Origin: Candidatus Methylomirabilota bacterium
Lineage (GTDB): Bacteria; Methylomirabilota; Methylomirabilia; Rokubacteriales; DASRDR01
Reading direction: 5' to 3'
DNA length: 64,000 nucleotides
Assembly: GCA_035550795.1 (NCBI GenBank)
Contig: DASZOL010000052.1
Coordinates: 23,266-87,265, forward strand
Shown: positions 36,792 to 46,811 of the stretch, piece after piece
Layout of the letters: each line of letters begins with the position of its first letter
Position numbering within the stretch: position 1 is the first letter of the stretch
The notes under the pieces: model-generated
Database searches by the model: none
Seen by the model: the letters and a program-made list of their open reading frames with translations, nothing else
What the model was told of the DNA's origin: nothing
Translations under genes and position numbers: made by a program

Positions 36792-37265
36792 CTACCCGGT
36801 CTTGGCCATCGCGGCCGCTCGGCGCGCCATCTCCTCTGGCGGCACGTCCTCCGTGTGGGTCGAGACGTGCCAGTGGTGTCCGAAGGGATCCTCGATGCTG
36901 CCGGACCGATCGCCGTAGAACTTGTCCTCCACGGCCCGGAGAAGCTTGGCGCCCGCGGCCACCGCCGTCTTCACCGTGGCATCCACGTCCGCCACGTAGA
37001 GCATGATGCTCACCGGGGAGCCCCCGAACGCCCGAGGTCCGCGCGCCCCCATCTCCGGGTGCTCGTCCGCGAGCATGATCACCGAATCGCCGATGCCGAT
37101 CTCGGCGTGGCCCACCTTGCCGCCGGGGCCCGGCATGCGCATCCGCTCGGTCGCGCCAAAGACCCTCCCGTAAAAGTCCAGGGCCTTCGCCGCGCCGTCG
37201 ACGATGAGGTAGGGGGTCACGCTGTGATACCCGTGGGGAACCGGCTTCACCTGGGTCTTGCTCAT
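36792..37265 (-). CDS. VOC family protein (glyoxalase/bleomycin resistance fold, PhnB-like)
   Basis: VTPYLIVDGAAKALDFYGRVFGA...HAEIGIGDSVIMLADEHPE...HHWHV pattern. Confidence 0.75.
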   Translation of the reverse strand: MSKTQVKPVPHGYHSVTPYLIVDGAAKALDFYGRVFGATERMRMPGPGGKVGHAEIGIGDSVIMLADEHPEMGARGPRAFGGSPVSIMLYVADVDATVKTAVAAGAKLLRAVEDKFYGDRSGSIEDPFGHHWHVSTHTEDVPPEEMARRAAAMAKTG

Positions 37266-37479
37266 CCCGGGTCCTCCTCTCGCGATCGCTCCGCCGCTCA
37301 GGGAACGGACCAGAGCGGCGGCTTGGGCCGGAGCGCGTGAACGCGGCTCACGAATCCATACTACGCCCTCCGGGACCGATCGCACGGGCCACGGGCACGT
37401 CGCACCGACGTGGCATCCGCGCCCTCCATGTATTATGGTCGAGGCCGCGCCGTGACCGCCCTGCGGCGAGGGAGACTCC

Positions 37480-38559
37480 GTGAATCGCAGCGACGGGGGC
37501 TTATATCCGAAGGTCTTCGCGCTCATCACCGCAGGCCTGCTCGCGTACGCCCTGGTGCGCATGGCCCTGCCATTCGTGGGGCCGATCTGCTGGGCGCTCC
37601 TCCTGGCCTTCCTGCTCCACCCGCTGAACGACGCGCTCGGGCGTGCCCTGCGGGACCGGCCCGGCCTGGCCGCGCTCCTGGTGACGCTCGTAGGAATCGT
37701 CCTCATCGTCCTGCCGGCGTCGCTCGTCGCAGTGGCCTTTGCCGCCCAAGCCGCGGAGCTCGTGCACCACATCCAGGATCTCGCCGAGCGTCACCACATC
37801 GCGCAGCTGAGCGACCTGCTCTACATCCCGTTTGCCACGCGGGCTATCCAGTGGCTCGGGTCGTACATGCCGATCACCGTCGATCAGATCCAGACCTGGC
37901 TGGTCGAGAACGGCCGCGGCCTCCTCCTGACGCTGATGGGAGCGAGCGGGGCCGCGCTGGCCAGCGTGGTCGGTGCGGTGGTCGGTCTCGCGCTTGTGCT
38001 GTTCCTGCTCTTCTTCTTGCTTCGGGACGGTGAGGTGATCGTGCGCAGGGTGATGCGCCTGGTGCCCATGGAGGAGGAGCAAAAGGCCGGCCTTCTCGAC
38101 CACCTGTCGGCCGTCACCCGGGCGCTTGTGCTCGGCACCCTGCTCACCGCGGCGGCGCAGGGTGCCCTCCTCGGAATCGGCTTCGCGATCGTCCGCTTGC
38201 CTTCACCGGTGGTGTTCGGCGTCCTGTCCGCCCTGGCGTCCGTCGTGCCATTCGTCGGCACCTCGCTCGTCTGGGTCCCGGCCGTGATCGTCCTGCTCGC
38301 CCAGGGGCGCCCGGGAGCCGCGATCTTCTTCGCCATCTGGTCGATCGCCCTGGTGACCTCCGTCGACAACGTCATCAAGCCGCTCGTCGTGTCCGGCCGT
38401 GCCGGGCTGCCGACCTTCGCCGTCTTCCTCGGTCTCGTGGGGGGGCTCGCGGCCTTCGGGGCTATCGGGATGTTCCTGGGGCCCGTCATCGTCGCTCTCA
38501 CGATCGCACTCCTCCGGTTCGCCGAGGAATCCCTGGCCGCGGAGGGATCGGGCCGCTGA
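37480..38559 (+). CDS. AI-2E family transporter (PerM/UPF0118)
   Basis: 8-TM topology with the typical ...PFVGPICWALLLAFLLHPL... and ...VIKPLVVSGRAGLP... blocks. Confidence 0.8.
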   Translation: MNRSDGGLYPKVFALITAGLLAYALVRMALPFVGPICWALLLAFLLHPLNDALGRALRDRPGLAALLVTLVGIVLIVLPASLVAVAFAAQAAELVHHIQDLAERHHIAQLSDLLYIPFATRAIQWLGSYMPITVDQIQTWLVENGRGLLLTLMGASGAALASVVGAVVGLALVLFLLFFLLRDGEVIVRRVMRLVPMEEEQKAGLLDHLSAVTRALVLGTLLTAAAQGALLGIGFAIVRLPSPVVFGVLSALASVVPFVGTSLVWVPAVIVLLAQGRPGAAIFFAIWSIALVTSVDNVIKPLVVSGRAGLPTFAVFLGLVGGLAAFGAIGMFLGPVIVALTIALLRFAEESLAAEGSGR

Positions 38560-38686
38560 GCCGGGCGGGCTGGGAGCCGGCGCCCCGGCGACGCACGAGC
38601 GGGGCGCCGGTCCGCGGCCCGGGCCGCCCGGCGCGAGCGACCGGGCAGCCGCGACGGCGCCGCAGCTCGATGATTCGGTGAGAGAT

Positions 38687-39487
38687 CTACCTCCGGGCGG
38701 CGACGAGGTGCCCTTCCAGGGGGATCTCGACCTCCCCGGCTGACCCGGTGAAGGGTCGCAGTGCCTCCCGGGCGCCGGCGCGGATCCGCTCGTAGACGTC
38801 CGGGCTGATCCGGCTGACGAGAGGAGTGCTCTCGACCTCGGTGGCCACGAACTCGTCAACGGACGCGAACCGCGCACGGCCGAGGCGGCTCCGTGTCCCC
38901 GTCACTGCCAGCCCGGCCGACTCCACCAGGGCCGTGAGCTCCGCAAGATCGCCACAGACGAAGTAGGCGCCGAGCAACGACGCCGCCTCGGGGCCTGCGT
39001 GGCGGGCCGCCATCTCGACGAACGGCGCGTATGCGGGCTGCGCGTCCAGACGGCCGGGGACCAGGACGGCGACGGTGCCGCCGGGCGCGGCGACCCGCCT
39101 CATCTCCCGCAGCGCCCGAGACCGATCCGGAAAGAACATGAGCGCCATCTGGCACAGCACCACGTCAAAGGTCGCGTCCGGGAAGGGCAACGCCGCGACG
39201 TCCCCTTGCCGCCACGTGACGTCCGGACGAACCCGGCGGGCGACGGTCAGCATGGCCTCATTGAGGTCGAGCCCGACCACCCGGCCCGAGCCCGCCTGGC
39301 GCGCGGCGACGGTGCGAGCGACGATGCCGGTGCCGCACGCCACGTCGAGCACGGCCTGACCCGGAGCCACACCCGCGAACTCGACCAGGTGCGGCGCCCA
39401 ATCCGCGAAGAACACCGGCACGAACTTCGCCTCGTACATTTCCGCCGTTGCGAGCGACAGCTGGAAGGTCTCAGTGGACGTTCCCAT
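38687..39487 (-). CDS. Class I SAM-dependent methyltransferase
   Basis: VLDVACGTGIVAR (motif I), VVGLDLNEAM, FDVVLCQMALMF. Confidence 0.8.
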   Translation of the reverse strand: MGTSTETFQLSLATAEMYEAKFVPVFFADWAPHLVEFAGVAPGQAVLDVACGTGIVARTVAARQAGSGRVVGLDLNEAMLTVARRVRPDVTWRQGDVAALPFPDATFDVVLCQMALMFFPDRSRALREMRRVAAPGGTVAVLVPGRLDAQPAYAPFVEMAARHAGPEAASLLGAYFVCGDLAELTALVESAGLAVTGTRSRLGRARFASVDEFVATEVESTPLVSRISPDVYERIRAGAREALRPFTGSAGEVEIPLEGHLVAARR

Positions 39488-39575
39488 CGTGGCCTCCTCC
39501 GGACCGTTGGACGTGCCATCGCGCGTTCCCGAGCCACCCGGCAGACCGGTCTACGCCGCAGTGTATGATCGCGCC

Positions 39576-40691
39576 GTGAACTCACGCGATGACCGAGCGT
39601 CCAGATTGCGTGCCTCGCCATCCAGGGCGGCGGCGCCGCTTGCCCACGCGTCCGGCGAGCTTGCTCCGCCGTCCAGCCTCGGCGGGTTCGCAGGCGCCGA
39701 CGCGCTGTCGGACGTGCTGCGGACCGTGAGGCTCACGGGAGCAGTGTTCTTCCTGGTGGAAGCGTCGTCCCCGTGGCGCATCGCGCTGCCGGACAGCAGA
39801 GCCCTCGCCCCCCTCATCCTGCCGCAGGCCCAGCACATCATCTCGTACCACGTCGTGACCGACGGCTCGGGATGGGGCGGACTCCTGGACGACTCCCCGG
39901 TGCGGCTGGAATCCGGCGACGTCCTCGTGTTCCCGCACGGCGACGCGTACGCCATGTCGATCGATTCCGGCGCGCGCGGAGGGCCGGACATTGCGGAGGT
40001 CATGACGTTCATGCGGGAGATCGCCGCCCGACACTTGCCGTTCACGATCCGAGAGGGCGGCGGCGGCTCGGGCCGCCTCCATCTGGCGTGCGGCTTCCTC
40101 GGCTGTGACGTGCGGCCCTTCAATCCGCTCCTGGCGACCCTGCCCCGGCTGCTTCACGTGCGCCGGGACGCCCATTCGCCGGGCGATCCACTCGGCCAGC
40201 TGGTCGACTTCACCCTCGCGGAATCGCGCGAGCCCCGCGCGGGCGGCGAGTGCGTGCGGCTGCGCCTTGGCGAGCTCATGTTCGTCGAAGTGGTGCGGCG
40301 CTATCTCGCGACCCTTCCAGCCGAGCAGACCGGCTGGCTCGCGGGCTTGCGCGATCCCAAGATCGGGCGCGCCTTGGGCCTGCTCCACGAGCGGCCTGCT
40401 CGCCCCTGGACGCTGGGCGGCCTGGCAAGGGACGTCGGGCTGTCGCGCTCGGCGCTGGCGGACCGCTTCACGCACTTCGTCGGCCAGCCGCCGATGCAGT
40501 ACCTCACGCGCTGGCGGATGCAGGTCGCGGCACGCCACCTCGCCGAGGGCGTGACTAAGGTCGCCGCGGTCGCCGCCGAGGTCGGCTACGACTCGGAGGC
40601 CGCCTTCAATCGCGCATTCAAGAAAGCGGCCGGCGTCCCACCCGGAGCCTGGCGTCGCCGACACGCGGGAGGTCTCCCCTCGCCGGGATAG
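39576..40691 (+). CDS. AraC family transcriptional regulator with N-terminal cupin-like sensing domain (start uncertain; GTG 39576 proposed)
   Basis: N-terminus DALSDVLRTVRLTGAVFF typical of cupin-AraC. C-terminal AraC HTH ...LARDVGLSRSALADRFTHFVGQPPMQYLTRWRMQVAARHL...VGYDSEAAFNRAFKK. Confidence 0.75.
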   Translation: MNSRDDRASRLRASPSRAAAPLAHASGELAPPSSLGGFAGADALSDVLRTVRLTGAVFFLVEASSPWRIALPDSRALAPLILPQAQHIISYHVVTDGSGWGGLLDDSPVRLESGDVLVFPHGDAYAMSIDSGARGGPDIAEVMTFMREIAARHLPFTIREGGGGSGRLHLACGFLGCDVRPFNPLLATLPRLLHVRRDAHSPGDPLGQLVDFTLAESREPRAGGECVRLRLGELMFVEVVRRYLATLPAEQTGWLAGLRDPKIGRALGLLHERPARPWTLGGLARDVGLSRSALADRFTHFVGQPPMQYLTRWRMQVAARHLAEGVTKVAAVAAEVGYDSEAAFNRAFKKAAGVPPGAWRRRHAGGLPSPG

Positions 40692-40827
40692 GCCCAGCCG
40701 CTCCGCTCCCGAGCGATCCGGCTGCGCCCGTTGTTTGACACCCGCGGTCGCGTCATGCTCCATTGGTGGCCATGGACGCCGCAGCCAACCGGCGGCCGTC
40801 GCGGCCTCGGCTCGACGCGACGGGCCG

Positions 40828-42171
40828 GTGATCGGGTCCTTCACCCGGCGCATCGCGGCAACCGGCGTCCTCGTCCCTCTCGCCATCCTGGCTGCCCTCG
40901 CGCCTGGCCCGAGTTGTGCCCAGCCTCGGTACGGCGCGCCGCTCTCGGAGGTCTTCGATCCGGACGAGCCGCCCGAGACCAACTACCGCCTGGCGCCCTA
41001 CCTCACCTTCGGCGCCGAGATCGAGCTCCAGTACGAGTACCGGAAGAACCTGAGCCTGGACGATCGCCCCGACAACGAGGCGGCGTTCTTCGAGCCCGAG
41101 CTGTCCCTGGCGTTCTCCTTCGACCCGGATCCGCGGTTCCAGGCGTTCCTGAACGTCGTGGTCTCGCGCGAGGTCGCCTGGAAGATCGAGGCCCATCAGT
41201 CCAAGCCGAGCGACGACGTCGCGCTGACGATCCAGGAGGCCTTCGTCTGGGTGCGAGCGCTCCCGAGCGGGCTGTCCCTTCAGCTCGGGCGCCAGCGCTT
41301 CGAGGACGAGCGCCAGTGGCTCTACGACGAGGAGCTCGACGCCTTGAGGGTTCGATACGAGCGCGAGGCCCTTGCGGCCGAGCTCTCGGCGAGCCGCGAT
41401 GGGCTCGTCCGGAAGAACGTGCTCAGCGGACACACCCCGGATCGGATCAACAACTACATGCTCCTCGCGAGCTATCGTCCGCTCGAGGATCTCACGCTCG
41501 AGGGGTATGCCATCGCGCGCGACAACCGGGACGCGGATCGATCACGTCCCGTCTTCGTCGGCCTGCGCTCGTGGGGCGAGCCCATCGAGGACCTCGATTA
41601 CTGGATCGAGCTCGGATACGCGGCGGGCCGTGACGGCTCGAACCGGATCCGCGGGTGGGGCGTCGATCTCGGCGCCACCTACGAGTTCCAGGTCGGACCG
41701 AAGCCGGCTCTGACGCTCGGCATCGCCTTCGGCTCCGGCGACCGCAATCCGGATGACGGCACCGACCGGAGCTTCCGGCAGACCGGGCTCCAGGAGAACG
41801 AGGCCGACTTCGGAGGCGCGACGGAGTTCAAGTACTACGGCGAGGTTCTCGATCCCGAGCTGAGCAACCTCGCCGTCCTCACGGCCGGGATCGGGATCCG
41901 GCCGAGCGACAACGTCTCCGTGGACCTCGTCTATCACTACTACCTGCAGCATCGGGCGTCGTCGACCCTCCGCAATGCCGGGCTCGAGGCCGAGCCGTCC
42001 GGCCGCAGCCGACGGCTCGGCAGCGAAGTCGATCTCATCCTCGGCCTTCAGAACCTCTTCGACCGTCTCGAGGTCCGGGCCGTGCTCGGGTACTTCTCCC
42101 CGGGCGCGGCCTTTGCGGAGCGGAACGGCGGCGCGTGGGTCGCGCGCACCGAGGTGCAGTTTCGCTTCTGA
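40828..42171 (+). CDS. Alginate-export (AlgE-like) family outer-membrane beta-barrel protein
   Basis: Signal peptide IAATGVLVPLAILAALAPGPSCAQ. N-terminal YRLAPYLTFGAEIELQYEYR. C-terminal ...EVQFRF. GTG start proposed. Confidence 0.65.
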   Translation: MIGSFTRRIAATGVLVPLAILAALAPGPSCAQPRYGAPLSEVFDPDEPPETNYRLAPYLTFGAEIELQYEYRKNLSLDDRPDNEAAFFEPELSLAFSFDPDPRFQAFLNVVVSREVAWKIEAHQSKPSDDVALTIQEAFVWVRALPSGLSLQLGRQRFEDERQWLYDEELDALRVRYEREALAAELSASRDGLVRKNVLSGHTPDRINNYMLLASYRPLEDLTLEGYAIARDNRDADRSRPVFVGLRSWGEPIEDLDYWIELGYAAGRDGSNRIRGWGVDLGATYEFQVGPKPALTLGIAFGSGDRNPDDGTDRSFRQTGLQENEADFGGATEFKYYGEVLDPELSNLAVLTAGIGIRPSDNVSVDLVYHYYLQHRASSTLRNAGLEAEPSGRSRRLGSEVDLILGLQNLFDRLEVRAVLGYFSPGAAFAERNGGAWVARTEVQFRF

Positions 42172-42177
42172 TGCGGC

Positions 42178-43641
42178 TCACCCGCCGGCGGGCATCGACA
42201 GCGTGACGCGGAACGTCCGGTCGGGGAGGAGGAGCCGTGTCTCGATCTCGATGCCCAAGAGGTCGGCGAGAGCGCGCACGAGGGCCAGTCCGAGGCCGAC
42301 CCGGTGGACGCCGGCGCGGGCCTCGTCCTTTCGCCAGAATCGATCGAACATCACGCCGAGGTCCTCCGGCTCGAGATTGGCGGCTCGGTTGCTGAAGCTC
42401 ACCGAGGCGCGGCCGCGGGTCTCCTCCGAGGCGCAGACCACCGGCGTGTCCGGCAGGCTGTAGGCGACCGCGTTGGCCAGGAGGTTGGACACCGCCAGCG
42501 CGAACTTCTCCGCGTCCGTCTCGAATCGAAGCTCGCGCGAGATCTCCTGCCTGAACTCGATGCCCCGGGCCGCCGCCTCCCTGGCGAGCGGTTTCCAGGC
42601 GGCGTCGACGACCTCCGCCACGTGGACCGGAGTCGTCCAGATCTGCTCCCGACCCTCATCGTAGCGCGCCAGGGCCAGCAGGTGCACGACGACGCGCTCC
42701 ATCTGCTGAGCGATCGCCCCCGCATCCTCGAAGAACTGGCGGACGACCGCCTTGTCATCGGGCCAGCGCACGCCGACCTCGCTCAGGTTCCGGAGCTCGG
42801 TGATCGGGGTCTTGAGCTCGTGGGCGATGTCGCTCGACAGCCGCCGCTCCCGCTTGAAGCCCGCTTCCACGCGAGCGAGCAGGGCGTTGACCTGCTCGAC
42901 GACGACCGCGATCTCCTCGGGCGGCGCCCTCACGGCGATCCGAGTGTCGAGGGAGGTCACCTCGAGCGCCCGCACCTGGCCGGTCATCTGGTCCAGCGCG
43001 CGGAGGCCAATTCGCAGCCCGAACTGCATGAGCGCGGCGAGCGCCACGATGAGGCCCGTCCCGAGGCCGGCGACCGTCAGCTCCATGCGCCGGATCCCGG
43101 CATCGAACTGCTCACGCTCGCGCGCGACGAGAAGCGTGAGGGTCGGGGTGCCGGACGCCGTCGGGGCCGGAGCGGGAGCGTCCTTCGCCTCCGCCGGGTC
43201 CTCCTCGACGTCCAAGGGTGGAATGAAGTCGACCTGGACCTGGCGCCCCCGGCGGCCGTCAGGCAGACGCACGTCGCCGAAGCGCGGCATCGGCGCGGGC
43301 TCCAGGGACCGGGCAAGACCCGCCTGGCGGGTCTCTTCGCTTGCGTCGAATGACGGGGATCGCTGGAGGAGGGAGCCGTCCGCCATCCACAGCTCGAAGT
43401 ACTCGGGGCTGGAGCCCGCCCCGAACTCGGGCATGTGCTCGCGCTCGAACTCGAACTCGATCTGGTCGGCTTCCTGCTCGGTCAGCGCGATGAGCCCTTG
43501 CGCCCTGGCGAGCAGCGCCCGGTCGTACTCGCGCTGCAGCGCGTCGGCGACGACCGTCCTGAGCGCGAATCCCGCCACGAGGAGAGCCGCCGCGGTGCCG
43601 CCGAGGAGGTACACGAACAGACGCGCGCGGAGCGAGCGCAT
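42178..43641 (-). CDS. Two-component sensor histidine kinase (periplasmic sensor, HAMP, HisKA, HATPase_c)
   Basis: Two TM helices. H-box SSDIAHELKTPITEL. C-terminal G-boxes. Confidence 0.85.
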   Translation of the reverse strand: MRSLRARLFVYLLGGTAAALLVAGFALRTVVADALQREYDRALLARAQGLIALTEQEADQIEFEFEREHMPEFGAGSSPEYFELWMADGSLLQRSPSFDASEETRQAGLARSLEPAPMPRFGDVRLPDGRRGRQVQVDFIPPLDVEEDPAEAKDAPAPAPTASGTPTLTLLVAREREQFDAGIRRMELTVAGLGTGLIVALAALMQFGLRIGLRALDQMTGQVRALEVTSLDTRIAVRAPPEEIAVVVEQVNALLARVEAGFKRERRLSSDIAHELKTPITELRNLSEVGVRWPDDKAVVRQFFEDAGAIAQQMERVVVHLLALARYDEGREQIWTTPVHVAEVVDAAWKPLAREAAARGIEFRQEISRELRFETDAEKFALAVSNLLANAVAYSLPDTPVVCASEETRGRASVSFSNRAANLEPEDLGVMFDRFWRKDEARAGVHRVGLGLALVRALADLLGIEIETRLLLPDRTFRVTLSMPAGG

Positions 43642-43642
43642 G

Positions 43643-44308
43643 CTACTCGACGAAGTACCCGAAGCCCCGTCGTGTCTGCACGATCGGAGGCTCCCCCTGG
43701 ACGTGGATCTTCCTGCGAAGGCCGGAGACCAGCACCTCGATGACGTTGCTCGACACGTCCGAGTCGCTCCGGTGCAGGTGCTCGACCAGCTGCTCCTGCG
43801 AGAAGACCTGGCCGCGCTGGTAGGCGAGGAACTCCAGCAGCGCGTACTCCCTCGGCGTCAGGCGGAGCACGGACCCGAGCCGCGAGACCTGTCGGCGGGC
43901 GGCGTCGATCTCGAGGGAGCCCAGCCGGAGGATCGGGTTCTTCGCCTGGTGCCGGCGGCGCACGAGAGCCTGGATCCGCGCGCAGAGCTCCTCGAACGCG
44001 AAGGGCTTGACCAGGTAGTCGTCGGCGCCCAGCTGGAGACCCTTCACCCGATCGTCCACCCGGTCCCGGGCCGACAGGATCAGGACGTGGGTGCTGCGCC
44101 CCTGGGCCCGGAGCCGGAGCAACACCTCCAGCCCGGACAGGCCGGGGAGCATGAGGTCGAGCACGATGACGTCGTACTCGTAGGTCTCGGCGAGGGCGAG
44201 CCCGTCCTCACCGTCGCCGGCCAGATCGACGGCGTAGCCGAGCTTCCTCAGGCCCTGGCTGAGGGACCGGAGGAGGCGCTGGGAATCGTCGACGAGCAGG
44301 ATCTTCAC
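43643..44308 (-). CDS. OmpR-family response regulator
   Basis: MKILLVDD...VIVLDLMLPGLSG receiver. Winged-helix C-terminus LTPREYALLEFL...RRGFGY. Confidence 0.9.
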   Translation of the reverse strand: MKILLVDDSQRLLRSLSQGLRKLGYAVDLAGDGEDGLALAETYEYDVIVLDLMLPGLSGLEVLLRLRAQGRSTHVLILSARDRVDDRVKGLQLGADDYLVKPFAFEELCARIQALVRRRHQAKNPILRLGSLEIDAARRQVSRLGSVLRLTPREYALLEFLAYQRGQVFSQEQLVEHLHRSDSDVSSNVIEVLVSGLRRKIHVQGEPPIVQTRRGFGYFVE

Positions 44309-44581
44309 GGGCTCCTCGACGGCCGAGGCCGGCCGTCTTGTCCGGCGAGCGGAGGGCGAGACGCGGGAACCCTGCCCCGTCCACGCCGGGTGGTCCGGCG
44401 CCGCTAGGGTAAGCGAGGAGAGGAGGCGCAGGCAACGACAGACCCGGGGATCCTTCGAGGGCGGCTCGGCGCCGATCCGGAGCGGCCGGAGACCGGCTCC
44501 CGGCGAACCCTCGAAGGCGGCCGGGAACCGATCTCTCCTACCCGCACCGGCGCGTCACCCCGGCGGCATGCCGCCGGAGCC

Positions 44582-45355
44582 TCACTCGTCGAAGTCCGCG
44601 ACCTGAAACCGAATCAGCCTCGTGACGCCGTCCGCGACGAGCCCGACCTCGGCGCAGTACAGCTTGATGCTCTCGGCACCCGGCTCGAGCGGCGACGTCT
44701 CCGTAATCTGGACGCACTCCTCGAACGTCCCGGCCGGGGTCTCCACGGTGAGCCCCATGCTGACGTGCTCCGCCCGGTCCAGCGCCACCGGGGCCGCCTG
44801 CTCCTGCGCATAGCGCGCCCCGAGCAGGAACGATCCGGGCATGATCAGGCCCGGGCGCGCCTTGCCCTCCTCGGTGTCCCTCCCCGCCAGCCAGGCACCC
44901 TCGTGGCTCACGACCTCCCCGTCCTCGTAGATGTCGACGGCCTCGCCGAAGTAGTAGATGTCGTTCGTCTCCTCGCATCGCGCGTAGTAGTTCCGCGAGA
45001 CCTCGACGAGCTCCCCGTCCTTCCACTCCCGTTCCTCGACCACCCGGGCGTTCACGGACAGGGGCTCCCCTTCCTCGTCCTTGAACCGGATCGTCTTCGT
45101 CTCATTGAGGACACTGATCAGCACCCGCACGGTCTCCCCATCCTCGTCCCCCTTGAACAGAAGCCAGTCGCCGGGCCTGATGCTGAAGTAGAGATTCCGT
45201 CCCGTGTTCGAGAACGTGCACTCGTCCAGCGGGAACTGGGTCGTGAACTGCGGCTCGGCTTGCGCCCGGGCCGTCCCCAGCCCCCCGCCTAACAGCATGA
45301 GGGTCAGGACCACCGTCACCGCGCTCGACTGCGCGATCCTCCGCTGCCGCTTCAT
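44582..45355 (-). CDS. Hypothetical secreted protein (upstream of, and co-oriented with, the OmpR two-component system)
   Basis: Signal peptide AVTVVLTLMLLGGGLGTARAQA. Acidic, Cys-containing domain. No family recognised. Confidence 0.5.
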   Translation of the reverse strand: MKRQRRIAQSSAVTVVLTLMLLGGGLGTARAQAEPQFTTQFPLDECTFSNTGRNLYFSIRPGDWLLFKGDEDGETVRVLISVLNETKTIRFKDEEGEPLSVNARVVEEREWKDGELVEVSRNYYARCEETNDIYYFGEAVDIYEDGEVVSHEGAWLAGRDTEEGKARPGLIMPGSFLLGARYAQEQAAPVALDRAEHVSMGLTVETPAGTFEECVQITETSPLEPGAESIKLYCAEVGLVADGVTRLIRFQVADFDE

Positions 45356-45508
45356 GTGCCATCTCCCCTCTCCGGGACGGGCATGGGAGAAACCCATCCC
45401 GCGGGCATCGTGCGGCGGCAGCCTGAGGATTCCCTGAGGACTCGGCGGATTTCTTCCGGCGGGCAGGGACCCGGGCCCGGCGATGGCCCGGCGCCGATGG
45501 GCGCCGGC

Positions 45509-46207
45509 CTATCTTGGCGGCTTAACCACGACCGTCTCGGAGGGCGGTCGGCTCAGGAACCGGGCAGGGCTCAAGAGGAACTGATCGAAGCCGACGCCTT
45601 CCATCCCCGCCTGCACGCGAACGCTGACCTCGCCGCTGGCCCGAAAGTGGACGTGCGACCCGGGTGCTCCGCCGTCCGCCGAGTCGCACCCCACCCAGGT
45701 CCAGCCCTCGCGCGCCGGCCCCTGCGCGGCCAGGTAGCTCCCCGTCGCTGGCCGGAGCACGTCCCGACCCTCCCGGTCGACCGCGTCGGTGAACTGCACG
45801 TAGAGCAGGTTCGCCCGGGACTTGCCCTTGGGCTTGCCCACCTTCATGTGAATCCAGCACCGGTAGGGCACGCCGCCCTGAACCCTGACCCTGAACCGCA
45901 CGTGGGGGTCGTTCTCGGGCGGAGGGTCCAGCTCGTCGCCGGTGTTTGGCGTGCCGACCAGCCTGCCTCCGGGCGAGGCAGAATCCGTCCAGAAGTCGAA
46001 CTCGTAGAGGGCGCTCCTCGGCAAGTCCGCCACGTGAACGACGACGTCGAGGAGAGGCCCCGCGGGCGCCGGCCCCTGCGCCCTTGCCGGGCTGAGGCCC
46101 GTCCCCAGGCCCATCAGGCCGAGGACTCCCGCAGCCGCGAGGATCGACGTGGGGAGCCGGCGGCCCCGCGTCGGCCGCACCGGAGCCCTGAGGCCATCAG
46201 GCTTCAT
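45509..46207 (-). CDS. Hypothetical secreted protein
   Basis: N-terminal signal-like segment ILAAAGVLGLMGLGTGL...ARAQG. No family recognised. Confidence 0.45.
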   Translation of the reverse strand: MKPDGLRAPVRPTRGRRLPTSILAAAGVLGLMGLGTGLSPARAQGPAPAGPLLDVVVHVADLPRSALYEFDFWTDSASPGGRLVGTPNTGDELDPPPENDPHVRFRVRVQGGVPYRCWIHMKVGKPKGKSRANLLYVQFTDAVDREGRDVLRPATGSYLAAQGPAREGWTWVGCDSADGGAPGSHVHFRASGEVSVRVQAGMEGVGFDQFLLSPARFLSRPPSETVVVKPPR

Positions 46208-46811
46208 CCGCCGGCGCTCCGTGGCAACCCCTTGCCCGGGCGCCGTCCGGCCGTCACGTCCGCGGGTGCAGGGGGAGGGACGGGCGGCATCCCGGCGGGC
46301 CTACCGCTGGCGGCTCCACAGCTTCCTCCCGCCTGCATCGTAGGTGATCCGCATCGTCTGCCCGTCCTCCGTGACGCCATACCGTCCGACACGCTGCCAC
46401 TGGCCGCTCGGACCCGCCAGGTAGAGCACGCCGTCCTCTCCCGCCAGTCCCGGCGCCTGGCCACCGGACCGTTCTCGTCGGCGCTAGCGCCTTGCGGCGC
46501 GCGCTCCGCAGCGGCCGGCACCCTCCCCGGGGGCCCCGGCCGCGGAGCCGCCAGGCCCCCGACCCTCGGACGTCGCCGCGCCGGCCTCCCCGGGCTGGCC
46601 GAGCGCCAGCGGAATCAGGTTCCTGGCCTCTGAAGACGGCATCCCCGAGAACGCTCCCGGCGCGCTGGGGGCGCCGGAGCCGGTCGCCGGATCGAGTGCC
46701 AGGGCGGCGCTCCCTGCCGCATCAGGCTCCGCGTGTCCTGTACCAGTAGTGCGACGGTCGACAAGGATGACGCCAGCCGTCATCGGGCTCATCTCACGTC
46801 TCCCGCTTCTG

